A stretch of DNA of 64,000 bases, from NCBI GenBank assembly GCA_951406725.2, contig OX597818.1, forward strand, positions 141,112,001 to 141,176,000. Direction: 5' to 3'. Below, in pieces: positions 1 to 13,290 of this stretch (the first letter of the stretch is position 1; each line of letters starts with the position of its first letter). Origin of the DNA: Octopus vulgaris (Eukaryota). The notes beneath the pieces are model-generated. The model had not been told where the DNA came from, did no database searches, and saw nothing but the letters and a program-made list of their open reading frames with translations. Position numbers and translations under genes: made by a program.

Positions 1-550
1 TTGCATTTGTACGTATATATTATCACTACTGTACTGTCGACAAATTTTCTTGATTGGAGGCATCAGTAAAGGGACAATGTGAAAAGGAATTCCTATGGAC
101 AACTTCAGAAAGTCACTATGGTATTCTCAAAGAGAAGAAGTCGATAGAGCAAAGTCAGATGATTCATCTTTAGCGGAACAAATACGGATTTAGTACACAA
201 ATAACCCCTCATAACATTTTTATTTTTCGGAGCTTTCAGAAAAATTTTGCGAATTAGTATCCTACACGCGGGACTTCATACGATTATGCCAAAAACAAAA
301 AATGTTGTGGTGTAGTGTGATTTAAGACCTAAGCTTATTCGCTTGCTATTTTTAGCTCATATGACAACCATCTCAATGACTGCGCGACAAAAATATTCGA
401 TCGATAAACAAGTCTGCTTTTTTAATACAAAGTGATGTGTCATGCGAACAGTCAAATCGATAAAAGTGCATCTTTATTCTAGGAATGGCTAGATATAAGT
501 AAATGCAGACTTAATTTCTAAAAAGTCTTTGTCATCCACAAAATGTTCAC

Positions 551-660
551 ATCGCCCACCAAAATCTCAAATCGCTCACCATTTTCTAGAAATTCGCCCA
601 TCACCCGCCTGTAAGTTGAAATCACACACCGGTGGGTGATATCGCCCACTTTGGGAAGCT
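551..660 (+). mobile_element. Probable end of a hAT-type DNA transposon
   Basis: Repeated TCGCCCA-like subterminal motifs ending in CCCACTTTGGGAAGC, resembling a hAT/Charlie right TIR; the other end is not seen. Confidence 0.35.
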
Positions 661-890
661 ATATATGAAGATATGAATAGTCGCATTCACATATATACAG
701 GCCAGTTTCATATATGTTCACTTCAAAAATAGTAACTGCAGAGCATATACGCTACATAGTATCAAAACGTAGTAAAGTGTGCCGAGGTGTGAAACCTAAT
801 ATACAGTTCATTGTGGACCATTTGTAAGCAGTGAATTTCTGCGGTATAAAATTACAAAATTTGCGAGAGGAAGATTCTGAAGCTCAAAAA

Positions 891-1105
891 TGATTTCAAA
901 TTTTGGTACTAGACCAGAAGCTTCCGGAGAGGGGTTAAGTAGATTACATCGACCTTTGTGTTCTACTGGTACTTATTTTATCGATATCGAAATGGTGAAA
1001 AGCAAAGTCGACCCCGGCGATATTTCAACTCAGAACATGTAGACGGTCGAAATGTCGCTGAACATTTTGCCCGGTGTACTTACGATTCTGCCATTTCGAA
1101 GCTTT
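891..1105 (-). mobile_element. Degenerate tRNA-derived SINE (family A)
   Basis: Reverse-complement similarity to the family A copies at 36408 and 51995. Confidence 0.75.
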
Positions 1106-1135
1106 AATATTACTTTAATAATATCTATCTACATT

Positions 1136-1532
1136 AAGGCGGTGAGCTGGCAGAGTTGTTAGCACACCGGGCGAAGTGCTTAGCGGTATTTCGTCTGTGA
1201 TTACGTTCTGAGTTCAAATTCCACCGAGGTCAACTTTGCCTTTGATCCTTTCGGGGTCGATAAATTAAGTACCAGTTACGAACTGGGGTCGATGTAATCG
1301 ACTTAATACCTATGTCTGTCCTTGTTTGTTCCCTTTGTGTTTAGCCCCTTGTGGGTAATAAAGAAATAGGTATTTCGCCTGTATTTACGTTCTGAGTTCT
1401 AATTCCACCGAGGTCAACTTTGCCTTTGATCCTTTCGGGGTCGATAAATTAAGAGCCAGTTGCGTACTGGGTTCGATCTAATCAACTGGCCCCTCCCCCA
1501 AAGTTTCGGGCCTTGTACCTAGAGTAGAATAG
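1136..1532 (+). mobile_element. Dimeric SINE family A with two different tails
   Basis: Head AAGGCGGTGAGCTGGCAGA (A box) and GAGTTCAAATTCC (B box); core GCCTTTGATCCTTTCGGGGTCGATAAATTAAG present twice; TSD AATATCTATCTA at 1120-1131 and 1533-1544. Confidence 0.9.
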
Positions 1533-2494
1533 AATATCTATCTATATGTATTACAAACATATTTAAGATATGGCTCAGCGGTTCATCGTTAAATTGCTAA
1601 CATCAGTAATTACTTTTCCCAAGTATGTAAATATTTGAATGTGAAGATATTTTATTTATCTTCCACAAAAGAATTTTCATGTAGAAATCAGGTCTTTGTG
1701 ATATTATGAAGATGCCAGTAATTATATGTATGTTTAAATCTGTACGTATGTGTGTCTGTGTCCAAGTGTATGAATGTGTATATGTACATACAGAGATCTG
1801 CAAACACACCCGCTCATATATATGTATATATAATTATCATTATATGCACAAACAGTCTCAACAAAATATAAGCTCCACATATGGGCGAAATCAAACAAAC
1901 GCATTTTCGCAACTGTTACTCACAAGTGAAACAAGCACACTCTCAAACATAAACACATGTACACACGGACGCACACACACACGCACACACATACACACAC
2001 ACACACACATGTATATATACATACGTAAAGATATAAATACACAGAAGTACGTATGCATACAGGCACACATACATAGATGCAGGCGTGCGAAAGACGAAAT
2101 CTCTATATATAAACTCAGGGTTTACACACTTATATTCACATGAATGTGAGTGTGTGTGAATGTGCTGGTGTGTTTGTGTGTGTGTGTGCGTGTGTGTGTG
2201 CGTGCGTGTGTGTGTGTCTGTTTATGTGTGCGTGTGTGATGATAATAATTCTTTTGTATAATATTTGACTCTGTTGTATTTCTTTTATAGAATACTAAAC
2301 AGTTGTATATATATATAAATATATATATATATGTATGTATGTATATATTCAAGGAAGAGCGGAAATTTCGAAGTGCCTAAAGTCTCGTGATCTTTAAAAC
2401 GAATGAGTGTATAAGGCCAACCATGAAGAACATACCTAATTCCTTTTATGTACGAAAACATCAAAGGCATTTGCCAATGGAATATAATATAATG

Positions 2495-2553
<59 letters not shown>

Positions 2554-3011
2554 TGTATGTATGTATATATATATTTATATATATATATACACACACACAT
2601 ATATATATATATATATGTATGTATATATATATGTATACATACATATGTTAGTGAATGTACATACACACACAAATATGTATATATATGCATACATATATAT
2701 ACACGTACACACACACGCACACAAACAAACACACACGTATCTATCTATCTATTTATATATTTATCTATCTATCTATTTATCTATCTATCGATCGATCTAT
2801 CTATCTGTCTATATATATATCCATACATACATACACACACATACATACATATATATATATATGTGTGTGTGTATATATATATACATAGATATATATAGAT
2901 AGATAGATAGATAGATAGATACATCCATACAGACCCCTACATGTCTGTGCGTATTAATTTATAAATACATAAATATATATATTCATTTGTATATATATAT
3001 ATATCTGTTGA

Positions 3012-3060
<49 letters not shown>

Positions 3061-3397
3061 CTTGTACATATCTATTTATGTAGGGGAAAGTATAAACTGT
3101 TAGGTAGGATTATTTTGGTCACACACATACACTAACAAGTTCTACTTATACACAATTATATACCCACATGCATTTGTATCTATATAAACATTAATCCATC
3201 TTAAAATATACACACACAAACAGACACACGTGTATGTATGCATGTATGTGTATGGGTATATTCCTAATATCAGTTTAGGGATACATATATGCATGCATGC
3301 TTATATACATACACACATACATACATACACACATACATACACACATACATATACACATACATGCATACATACATACATACATACATACATACATACA

Positions 3398-3429
<32 letters not shown>

Positions 3430-4667
3430 CACATATATGCATACATACAAGCATACATCCACATAACATATATTATAGGCATATACATCCACTCATTTAA
3501 GTGAACATACACATACATCTCATCACGTGTAACATAGCCCAGACCACCCTTGATTCTATAGTTTATGTTATTATAAAAAATATTTTAATTCCATTATTGG
3601 TCGCAAGTAACTGTATAATGACATCAGAAAGAATAGTCTAATTGCGTTGATTTTTCTCTTTGGATTACCGATAAATATCTCGGGGCTTCGTATCCTTGGG
3701 AGGAGCCTGGTTTTCTGAGTAACCAACCATCGCACATCTCATCATTCTTTGTTCTCATTTACCAGTACTTCGCAATCTATTATATGTGTACATACTTACA
3801 TGCATGCATATACATACGCACGTACATACACACACAAAAAAATTTAGTTTCGTCAACAAAGAATAAATATACTAGTAGAATGATTTTTTTCAAAAGTCAA
3901 CCCCAAATTTGGAAGAAAAATAGAACATATATATTCTTGCAAGATTCTATGAATACATACATACATAAATACATACATGCATACATAGATACACACACAC
4001 ACATGCACACACACACACACACACGCGCACACACACACACATATATATGTATGTATATCTATTGTATTTGCAGTTTATGAAGCTACCGTATGAAATGGAT
4101 AACTTACCATGTAGAGGAGGTTTCAATCCTAATGGAATCAAGGAATATACAATGATTTCTGATATTCGATCAAAATCATATATATGGAAGTGATGCTGTA
4201 ATCTCACAATGGCGTGTGTGTGATTGCTGGTAGTTACTTTACTGAATATCTGAAAATTTATGAGATAAGAAGCAAAAAAAGTAACAGAAGAGATGTCTAC
4301 GGAAGCATTTGATTAGAAAACCATCTTTGTTGACGTTTGAGCTACTTCATGATTTTCGTAACTAGGCTGTATTTAATCACAAATAAGAAGCAATGCCTTG
4401 ACAGAATTTCCAGTGTTGTGGACGAAATGCTTTACCTAATATCATTTTAATTACGTGAGTTCGATAACAACCAGCATCGGTCTTGTTTTTCTTTGTTCCG
4501 AAGAGCGGGAAACATTTACACTCAACAACTCCGTGTTGTTCTAACCGACTGTACTTTCACTGCAAAATATGAGTGTCTTTGTGTCTGTGTTACACAGTGC
4601 TGTCATATATTCAACAATCTGTTGGATTGTGGACTCGATATGCGGACATAAAAAGGGCAAGCTTACT

Positions 4668-4740
4668 GGGCATATGACATAGTGGTTAAGAGCGCGGGCT
4701 ACTAACCCCAAGATTCCGAATTCGATTCCAAGCAGTGTCC
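4668..4740 (+). other. tRNA-like Pol III head (pseudo-tRNA, anticodon position ACT)
   Basis: A box TGACATAGTGG, B box ATTCGATTCC, acceptor-like pairing GGGCAT/GTGTCC, loop GGG-CTACTAA-CCC; arms are imperfect, so not called a functional tRNA. Confidence 0.75.
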
Positions 4741-4819
4741 TGAATAATAATAGTAAAAATAATAATTACATCGAAAAATACCTTAGAAACGAGAACCAAG
4801 GTTCGAACTTTCCCCCAAG

Positions 4820-4863
4820 ACACCTGATGAAAGCTGGAGGTTATATCAGCCGAAATATTGTGT
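4820..4863 (+). ncRNA. Type I hammerhead ribozyme motif (minimal)
   Basis: Stem I ACAC/GTGT, CTGATGA, stem II GCTG..CAGC, GAAA, minimal stem III TA (possibly decayed CG), TT site. Confidence 0.75.
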
Positions 4864-5042
4864 TAACAACAAACAAAATGAGGAAAAATATATATATATT
4901 AATAAATAAAACATATGCATATATATAAACATATATGTACGTACCTACCTCTACATGTACATATACACGCCTATATGAGTACAGGACACCAAAATGACGT
5001 CGAACACAACGAGTAACAGAAAACATAGACACAAACCCAAGG

Positions 5043-5083
<41 letters not shown>

Positions 5084-5121
5084 AGAGTCATATATTTATA
5101 CACTTATCTCGCTCTGAGATG

Positions 5122-5176
<55 letters not shown>

Positions 5177-6440
5177 AGTCAAATATTTATACACTTATAC
5201 ACATGCATATGTGTGTGTGGAGAAAGACTTATTTCGTATACATCCTTAGACATATATGTAAGTATATGTAATAGAAATGCATACATACATACATACATAC
5301 AAACACACACACATACATACAAACACACATACATACATACATACATACATACATACATACATACATACATACATACATACACAGATACACAAATGTGTGT
5401 GTCGATGATATATGTAAATGAAGTGTGTCCCTTGTGTTTGTGTGAATTTGTTTGAATGAAAGCCTTTGAATGTTAAAACGTAGAATCTATTTTCTCAAAA
5501 GTGTCTTTGTATTAACTATAGAAAGAAGTGTCTGGGGAGTAACTAATGCAAGCCTTTTATTAATTTATAACGGACCATCATAATATTATGATATAGTAGG
5601 AATTCTTATGAATACATTATACGTATTTCTAATCATTGTTGATTTCAGTAACTCTCTGTTAAATCATGTTTAATTCTTTAATAGTGTGATGTGCTCAAGT
5701 CCATTAATTTAACACAATCTCAGGATCACTTTTTATGAGATGAAAATTAACATCATAAAGATCAACCGCTTTCCAATCTGTTTCATTGCTTAATATTTAT
5801 TTATGAAACACGCTGGTGGATTACGGTAAAATTCAGAATAAGTGCAAAGTGGTGGAGCTTTTCACTCGCTAATAAATAATTAAGGAGAAGTGTAGCAGTT
5901 CAAATATTGTTGGTTACAGTGAAGAAAGTAAAGATTGAGTGATGTTTTGACCTCATTCCTTTTATCGATAAAGAGAAGACAGATTTAATGTTGTGATCGA
6001 ATATATTTCAACCGTAACATAAGGACATCTATTCCTTTGTCTATAAAAGGCATGAGCAAAAACGTCCACCACAGCTACATTTATATGAATGGTTACACTT
6101 CTGCTATAAACATTTATTTTGACCTCAATGGTTCATCGCTATCTATTTGATGAATTCTAGAAGAATGCGAATCAGTTTTCATCTCAGCGGTTTTCTGAAT
6201 CAGAAACGAAAACGACTTAAAGTACTAATAGCTTGCCATTCTTATGTCCGCATATCGAGTCCACAATCCAACAAATATGAGAGAGTCATATATTTATACA
6301 TATACATATGTGTGTGAGAGTAAAACTTATATCATGCATATACGTGGTAATTAATATTAAAACTTTAGACTTATATATGTAAGTATATGTAATAGAAATA
6401 CATATATACACACACACACATATAAGAAAAATATTTAAAC

Positions 6441-6504
6441 CACCTGATGAATGACTGCGACTCAAAAATTTGAAGATGTTAGCAGGCATGAAACGATCGT
6501 AGTG
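6441..6504 (+). ncRNA. Type I hammerhead ribozyme, core intact
   Basis: CAC-CTGATGA-ATGaCTGC..GCAGgCAT-GAAA-CGATCG-TA-GTG; palindromic stem III; AT-rich tail runs into (TA)n near 6635. Confidence 0.85.
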
Positions 6505-6631
6505 TGATATTAATTATATTTTTTAAATAATTTTGTTATATATTTAAATAATATAAATTAATCATATGTATTGGCTTAAGTTTTTCATTGTTTGATTTGC
6601 CTAATAGTGGTTTTGTCTCTAATTTAATATA

Positions 6632-6716
<85 letters not shown>

Positions 6717-7490
6717 CGAGAGAGATCAAAGAAGAATGTCATTAGGGAAATTTAACTACACGTGGTAACTTATAGTGAAAAAATATATAATAAAGGAAGG
6801 AAAATCCACAGAATACATATATTTCTATATTTCTAAAGAATTTTAAAGGACTGAATATCGTGATAGTAAAACAGTTTCGCCTTTCGCTAAACATGTATTT
6901 GAAATTGGCGAAAATATTGCAATTCCGTGTTTCCATAAGAGGATATTAGTCAATGCTGCTTGTCAATGAATCAGCACATAGAAAAAATCTGAGGGGAATT
7001 AATTGCTGAGCGTTAATGGAAGAAATTGCACGTTTTTGTGAGGGTACACTTTTTGTAGGGTACACATTGTGGAGAAGTTGAAATTATATAAACTCACGAA
7101 TTAAAGTAGTGACATAACACAGTCTTGGCTATGCGATCATGAATTGAGATATTTACAAAAGCCAAGATCGGTTTTCCGTTCCATCACAACACTAAGACAG
7201 AATTAATTCATTTCCACTGATCCTGTTCTCTCTAACAGCATGCGAAGACATATAAGAGAGAAAATACGATCTCATAACCTTCAAATGGATGAATATTTCC
7301 AAGAAATTCTAGATAAACCACTTACACCCGAATATATCTCTGCAAATAATAACTCTTTCCTTGACTTGAATATGAACCACCGTTAAATGTCTTTTCCATG
7401 TGGCACTAGTTAAGTTAGTTCTGGTCTGGGCCAAATCTGGCTGAAACTTTTCTAAGTATTCTATGTATTATATTACATTACACCATGTAA

Positions 7491-7795
7491 TGGAGGTGCA
7501 ATGGCCCAGTGGTTAAGGGCAGCGGACTCGCAGTCGTAGGATCGCGGTTTCGATTCCCAGACCGGGCGTTCTGTGTATTTATTGAGCGAAAACACCAAAA
7601 AAGCTCCACGAGCTCCGACAGGGGTGGGTGGTGAACCCTGCTGAACTCTTTCGCCACAACTTTCTCTCACTCTTTCTTCTGTTGGCCTGCTCGCTTAGCC
7701 AGCGGGGTGGCATCATTTGAAGGCTAAAACAATGCGAAGCGCATTGTGACCAGCGATGTGTAGCAACATCTGATAGCCTGGTCGGTCACGGTGAT
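7491..7795 (+). mobile_element. tRNA-derived SINE family B, tail type 1
   Basis: TGGCCCAGTGG A box and GGTTTCGATTCC B box; 14-bp TSD ATATTACATTACAC (7470-7483, 7794-7807). Confidence 0.92.
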
Positions 7796-10178
7796 ATTAC
7801 ATTACACTATATATATATTTAAAAGATATCATCTAATTTTAGCAAGTTTAATAAATCTATAAGTGCATATTCAATTGGTTGCCCCGAATAAACATCTTCT
7901 TCACGTTATTTTCTTAATACTAAGCAAATGAAATCTTCGTACTGCTATATTTTCATGACAATATGTGAATATATACAGAAGAGTAAGAGCAGCAGTAGAA
8001 CGAGAACTTAACTTGTTGCGATATGAATATCAAAAATTGCTACAGTTCATATGAAAAGTAAATCTGTAGCGTTAAAGCCACATGAAATAATGATAAGAGA
8101 GACATGATAGCTTAACGGGCCGAAATTCTGGGGTGATTGCACCAAATAAAAAACTGTCTAATCGAACGATAGTACATGTAAAAGACGTATCAACATTCAG
8201 GCCATATTGCATTTTGTATTTGTTATTTAAAAGTATATTAAATCCTCGGTTTGTAGTCTAAAACATTAAATAAAAATAGTCAGATGATATAGAATTTCAT
8301 ATTCATTGTTTAACAGAACAGGAAAGAAACCTCATATATAGTCTATTTTGTATGAATGTAGAGATTGTCAACAAATACACAGGTGAATAGAAGCATTTTT
8401 CTCCGAAAATATTTACCTTTTCTACATACATATTGGTTGTTGATTTCAAAGCTGTGTTTTGTGATTTGTATCTCCATCACTACCACCACCACCAGCACGT
8501 CTAGCTTTTCAAATATATCAGTTTTATATTTCTGAAACTTATCAATATGTAATAAGCATGAAATAACATTTTATACACTTGAACGGAAACGCACAGCATA
8601 CCAGCATACACTTGATTAATTCATACATAATTAACTGGAACGTAAGTTATTAAATAAAAAGATTCAATTAGATGCACATGTAAGTGAAGAATATGCGTTA
8701 TACAAGATTTTTTTCTTTTAATATGATTTTGTCTTATCAACTTAGTCTGGGTCATCATGATATACCATGCAACTGCAATCAGTTTTCAAGCAAGCTGTTA
8801 CACATTCCTTCCAATATTTGTTAGCTTACCGCGTCGAAACTTTTTGATGACAATCTAGATAGAAATATAAAAAGATTATTCTTAAAAACAACTGGCAACC
8901 CATTTCTTTAAAGGCTACATGAGAGTTTTCACCTTCCTCATCATTTGTTCCTTTCTAAGAATCTTTCAAAATGTCTCTACTTACACATGCCACCAAATTG
9001 CACGACTTCAATTTCACCACATTCACACTTGGAAATATTTAGCTTTAGAGAAGTAGCAGAATCTACCTGAATTCACTTTACCATTTGATATAACAAGATA
9101 TTTCATGAAAAGAAGTTTTATACGGGAAGGTGGTACACTTTATAATCTTAGACTCAGTTAAAGAGACTGTTTAGATAGTTCTCATTCATACGCCATTAAT
9201 GGTTATTTGGCTGGTATGTGGTAGCCCGAATATCCCATAAGCACAAGGAAGAAAAGTACTTCGAAAGTCCTTTAGCGTGCCAATCACTTTGACATTTTCA
9301 CAGAGATTCCGTTAATGAATATGTTATTAGAAGTTGTCAAGCATTATATAGCATAATATTAATATTATAATATATTTTCTGAAGGTAGATAAAGTGAAAA
9401 TGGTAATTCATAGCTACTCGAGTCCTTGCTACGTAAGTACTATTACTATTTCTTTCAAAGATTTTTGTGATGGATCGACAGTCTAAGGCTACATAAATGT
9501 GACACAGCTTTGTAAAAAGTTCATGACATTTCAAACGCAGAGCGAGCTATCTACATCAAAGTATACTACTACTTTTGCTTTCGATAGCGACTCACTTACA
9601 AGTTTTAGTGAAAAACTTTCCTCAGTTCCCGAAGCCAGAGACAAAAACCTTCTTTTTCAAGAGTAACAATTCTATAACGACATCGTTAAATAGCACTTGA
9701 TAAGAGAACTTTAGATCCAAATTATTTTCCGGTGTATATTCAGAAATATTAGCATACTCACTAACTGAACATTCATCACGCTCTATTTCATCATTTATAT
9801 GAAGCTAGTCGTCCATTTGGAAATAGAAAATGAGTAGAATTTTGTTATGATTGACTGGTGTACGTACGGAACTTGGGTTTCGATTGGCAATCCTGTTTGA
9901 CCTTTTGTAAGAAAATACAGTTTTGCTAATGCTACGAAATAATTCAGGATGTTATCTTTTCCGTTGCATATCATGAGTTGGGGCATAAATTATTGAGAGA
10001 CTCTGTTCCATCAACCATTAAGACAGAGTGCCAATTCGATATGGTGCCTCTTCCAGAAGATGTCTCAGGTATCTTTTCGAGAAAAAAGCATATTTGAAAG
10101 AATTTCATATTATTCATTGTGATAGTTCATAGTTGTGTTAAATAAAAAGGGTGATCATAATTACACATACTGAAAAAT

Positions 10179-11453
10179 CAGAGACAACTTTATTTGCATC
10201 CTTCGGGTTCCCTGAAATAAATTATTATTACATGGTGATGGATTGGAGGAAGTGTTGGAGAATCTGCTGAGATAGTTTACGTTACTGTTTCTAGTTTTTT
10301 TACGTTTTGAATTTTTGGATGGTTCTTTGCTCGGTTTTATACCACCATAAGAGCTTCGGTTGTCAGGAACAAAAAAAAAAAACTCTGAAACAAGCAATCA
10401 GGAAAAAAGCAGTTTGAGCCTTATTTCTATGCTAGAAATAAGGCTCAAACTGCTTTTTCGTCTTCCGTGATTTCTCCGAAAGCTATGTTTTTCATTAATC
10501 AGTGAAATCAGTCAGTTTATTTGCATTTACAAAGCATCGACTATATATAAATAGTTGCAATTTAGTTTGAGGCAACAAAAACAAGACATTGTCAATATTA
10601 TAGACGTAAGGCGGCAAGCTGGCAAAATCGTTAGCACGCCGCGCAGAATGCTCTGTGACATTTCCTCTTTGTTTACGATCTGAGCTCAAATTCCGCCGAG
10701 TGCGACTTTGCATTTCCACATTTCGGGGTCGATAAAATAAGTGCCAGTTGAGCAGCGGGGTCGATGTAATCGACTTGCACTCTCCACTACATTAGCTGCC
10801 CTTGCATCAAAATGTGCAACAAGTGCTATATGCGTCAGTAACGTTATGATAAGGTAATTATGCATCATGAAATATTTTCAAAATATATGCAGACCATATT
10901 TTATGACACGTTGGTTCACACTGATAATAAAATATAGGCTAACTAAAAGAACATTCTTCCGAACAACACTCGGTAATACATGGACTTGTTATAAGATAGT
11001 TAAAAAACAACAGAGATGTATATGCCCTGTAAAATGTTATGAATTCTTTTAAAATGTATATAACTGAGGACAAAATATCAGGGGAGAAATTAAATGCATA
11101 AGCCATGAAAATAGAAAAATAATATCATTTAGTAACAAAAGGAGCAGCGCTTGCCAGGTTCGTTTCAGTGTCTTCAAATATTTATAGAAAGGAAGAACGA
11201 AAATAATCCTCAAATCAGAAATCTTTCCTGATTGCTTGTTTCAGAGTTTGTTTTTTTTTTCTGTTCCAGACAACCGAAGCTCATTTGGTGGTATAAAACC
11301 GAGCAAAGAACCATTCAAAAATTCAAAACGTAAAAAACTAGAAACAGTAACGGAAACTATCTCAGCAGATTTTCCAACACTTCCTCCAATCCATCACCAT
11401 GTAATGGTAATTTATTTCAGGGAACCCGAAGGATGCAAATAAAGTTGTCTCTG
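10179..11453. repeat. ~228-bp inverted duplication plus adjacent perfect 26-bp-arm hairpin
   Basis: 10179-10405 is the near-identical reverse complement of 11224-11453; hairpin 10404-10458 has a TGC loop. Confidence 0.9.
10608..10824 (+). mobile_element. SINE family A
   Basis: AAGGCGGCAAGCTGGCAAAATCG head and GGGGTCGATAAAATAAGTGCCAG core. Confidence 0.85.
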
Positions 11454-12015
11454 GCAGGATTTGAACACAACGCACAAACGTTTACGCATATGCTATCCTT
11501 CCTTATGACGTACGCGCTTACAGTTCTACCAATTAGCCACTACGAAGAATTACTCTAGGAATGCAAAAACATGTCAGATACAGATCAATTCGTCACCCAA
11601 AGAGACAACATAAAAAATAAATACAAACAAAATATGTTATGATACATATGTCAATGGCACTTAGGCATTTTGCAAACATACAGATCTAGACACAAATTCA
11701 GAACACGTGCATATATTCGGTATTTAGAGCATGTCCACTAATGTTGTATAAATAATTATAAAAGATTAAATGATATGTTGCCTGCCATTCAACCGAAGAA
11801 TTGGACAACGTGTCATTTTCCATAGAAATATCCTAAGAAAAATATTATTTCCATCGGGGAGAAAAATACGTTTATATTTGCAAACACAGCAAAACTAATA
11901 AAATGCTGTATGCGGTCAAAACAACTGTTACCTTATTAATTTATCAAGATATACATATGCAGAAAATATGTATAAACATTAATGAAAACGAACTACTTAA
12001 AATTTATGTTTGGTT

Positions 12016-12082
<67 letters not shown>

Positions 12083-12412
12083 CCATTATCATCATCATCA
12101 TCATCACCATTATCATCATCATTATCATTATTATTAGTATTATCATTATCATCATCATTATTATTATTATCATTATTATTAGTATTATCATTATCATCAT
12201 CATTATTATTATTATCATTATTATTAGTATTATCATTATCATCATCATTATTATTATTATCATTATTATTAGTATTATCATTATCATCATCATTATTATT
12301 ATTATCATTATTATTAGTATTATCATTATCATCATCATTATTATTATTATCATGATTATGATGATGATCATCATCATCATCTTCATCACCATCATCATCA
12401 TTATTATAATTA
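12016..12412. repeat. Compound (ATC)n/(ATT)n microsatellite with a 45-bp higher-order unit x5
   Basis: Unit TTATTAGTATTATCATTATCATCATCATTATTATTATTATCATTA repeated across 12131-12352. Confidence 0.9.
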
Positions 12413-12965
12413 TTACTATTCTTAAAGCAAACCGACTTTTGTCTTCTGAATTCAAATTCAATCCAGTCCTTTGCTTTTTATCATTTTGGGGTCGATAAGA
12501 TAAGTACCAGTTGATCACTGTGGTCTTGTTTACTCTGGTTCCCGCTGTAAGAGCGGGAAACAGCCTGCTGCCAGAGGAGGTCTCAAAGTGTATCTTTCCG
12601 CACATTAAAAAGGTTCGATACTTGGTTGTTAAATATCGTGGTAGGCATTCCAGATACCGATCACAAAATCCTAGCTGTTCCCCAGCAGAGCAATTTATTG
12701 GGATTGCTCTGCTCTTATGTCAATTCCGATTTCTCTGACATATTTCTCGAACTTAGTTATTAGTGCCTCGAGCGCCCTACGTTTTTTTAAAACTTTTGTA
12801 TATTATGCGTATGGCCCTTCTTTTTCATCGTATACTGTGTATACATACTTTCTTTCTTTCACCTGTTTTATCATTTCTCTATATGTAACCCCCCAAAAAA
12901 ACTTTCCGTCTTACGTCTGTCTTTGTATTGTCCCCATCACCCTTCGCCATTGTGGCAAATAAATG

Positions 12966-13290
<325 letters not shown>

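Noticed and set aside
4290-4450. Faint mariner N-terminal similarity (also C-terminal-like at 7170-7370)
   Set aside because: Too degraded to support by eye
4668-4740. Functional tRNA gene
   Set aside because: Broken T and anticodon stems, atypical ACT anticodon and no poly-T terminator
6713-6980. Possible minus-strand HHR tail facing the (TA)n
   Set aside because: GAAACTGTT is present but no CUGANGA was found
8978-9070. Possible minus-strand exon ending in GTAAGT
   Set aside because: Weak acceptor and no recognisable protein
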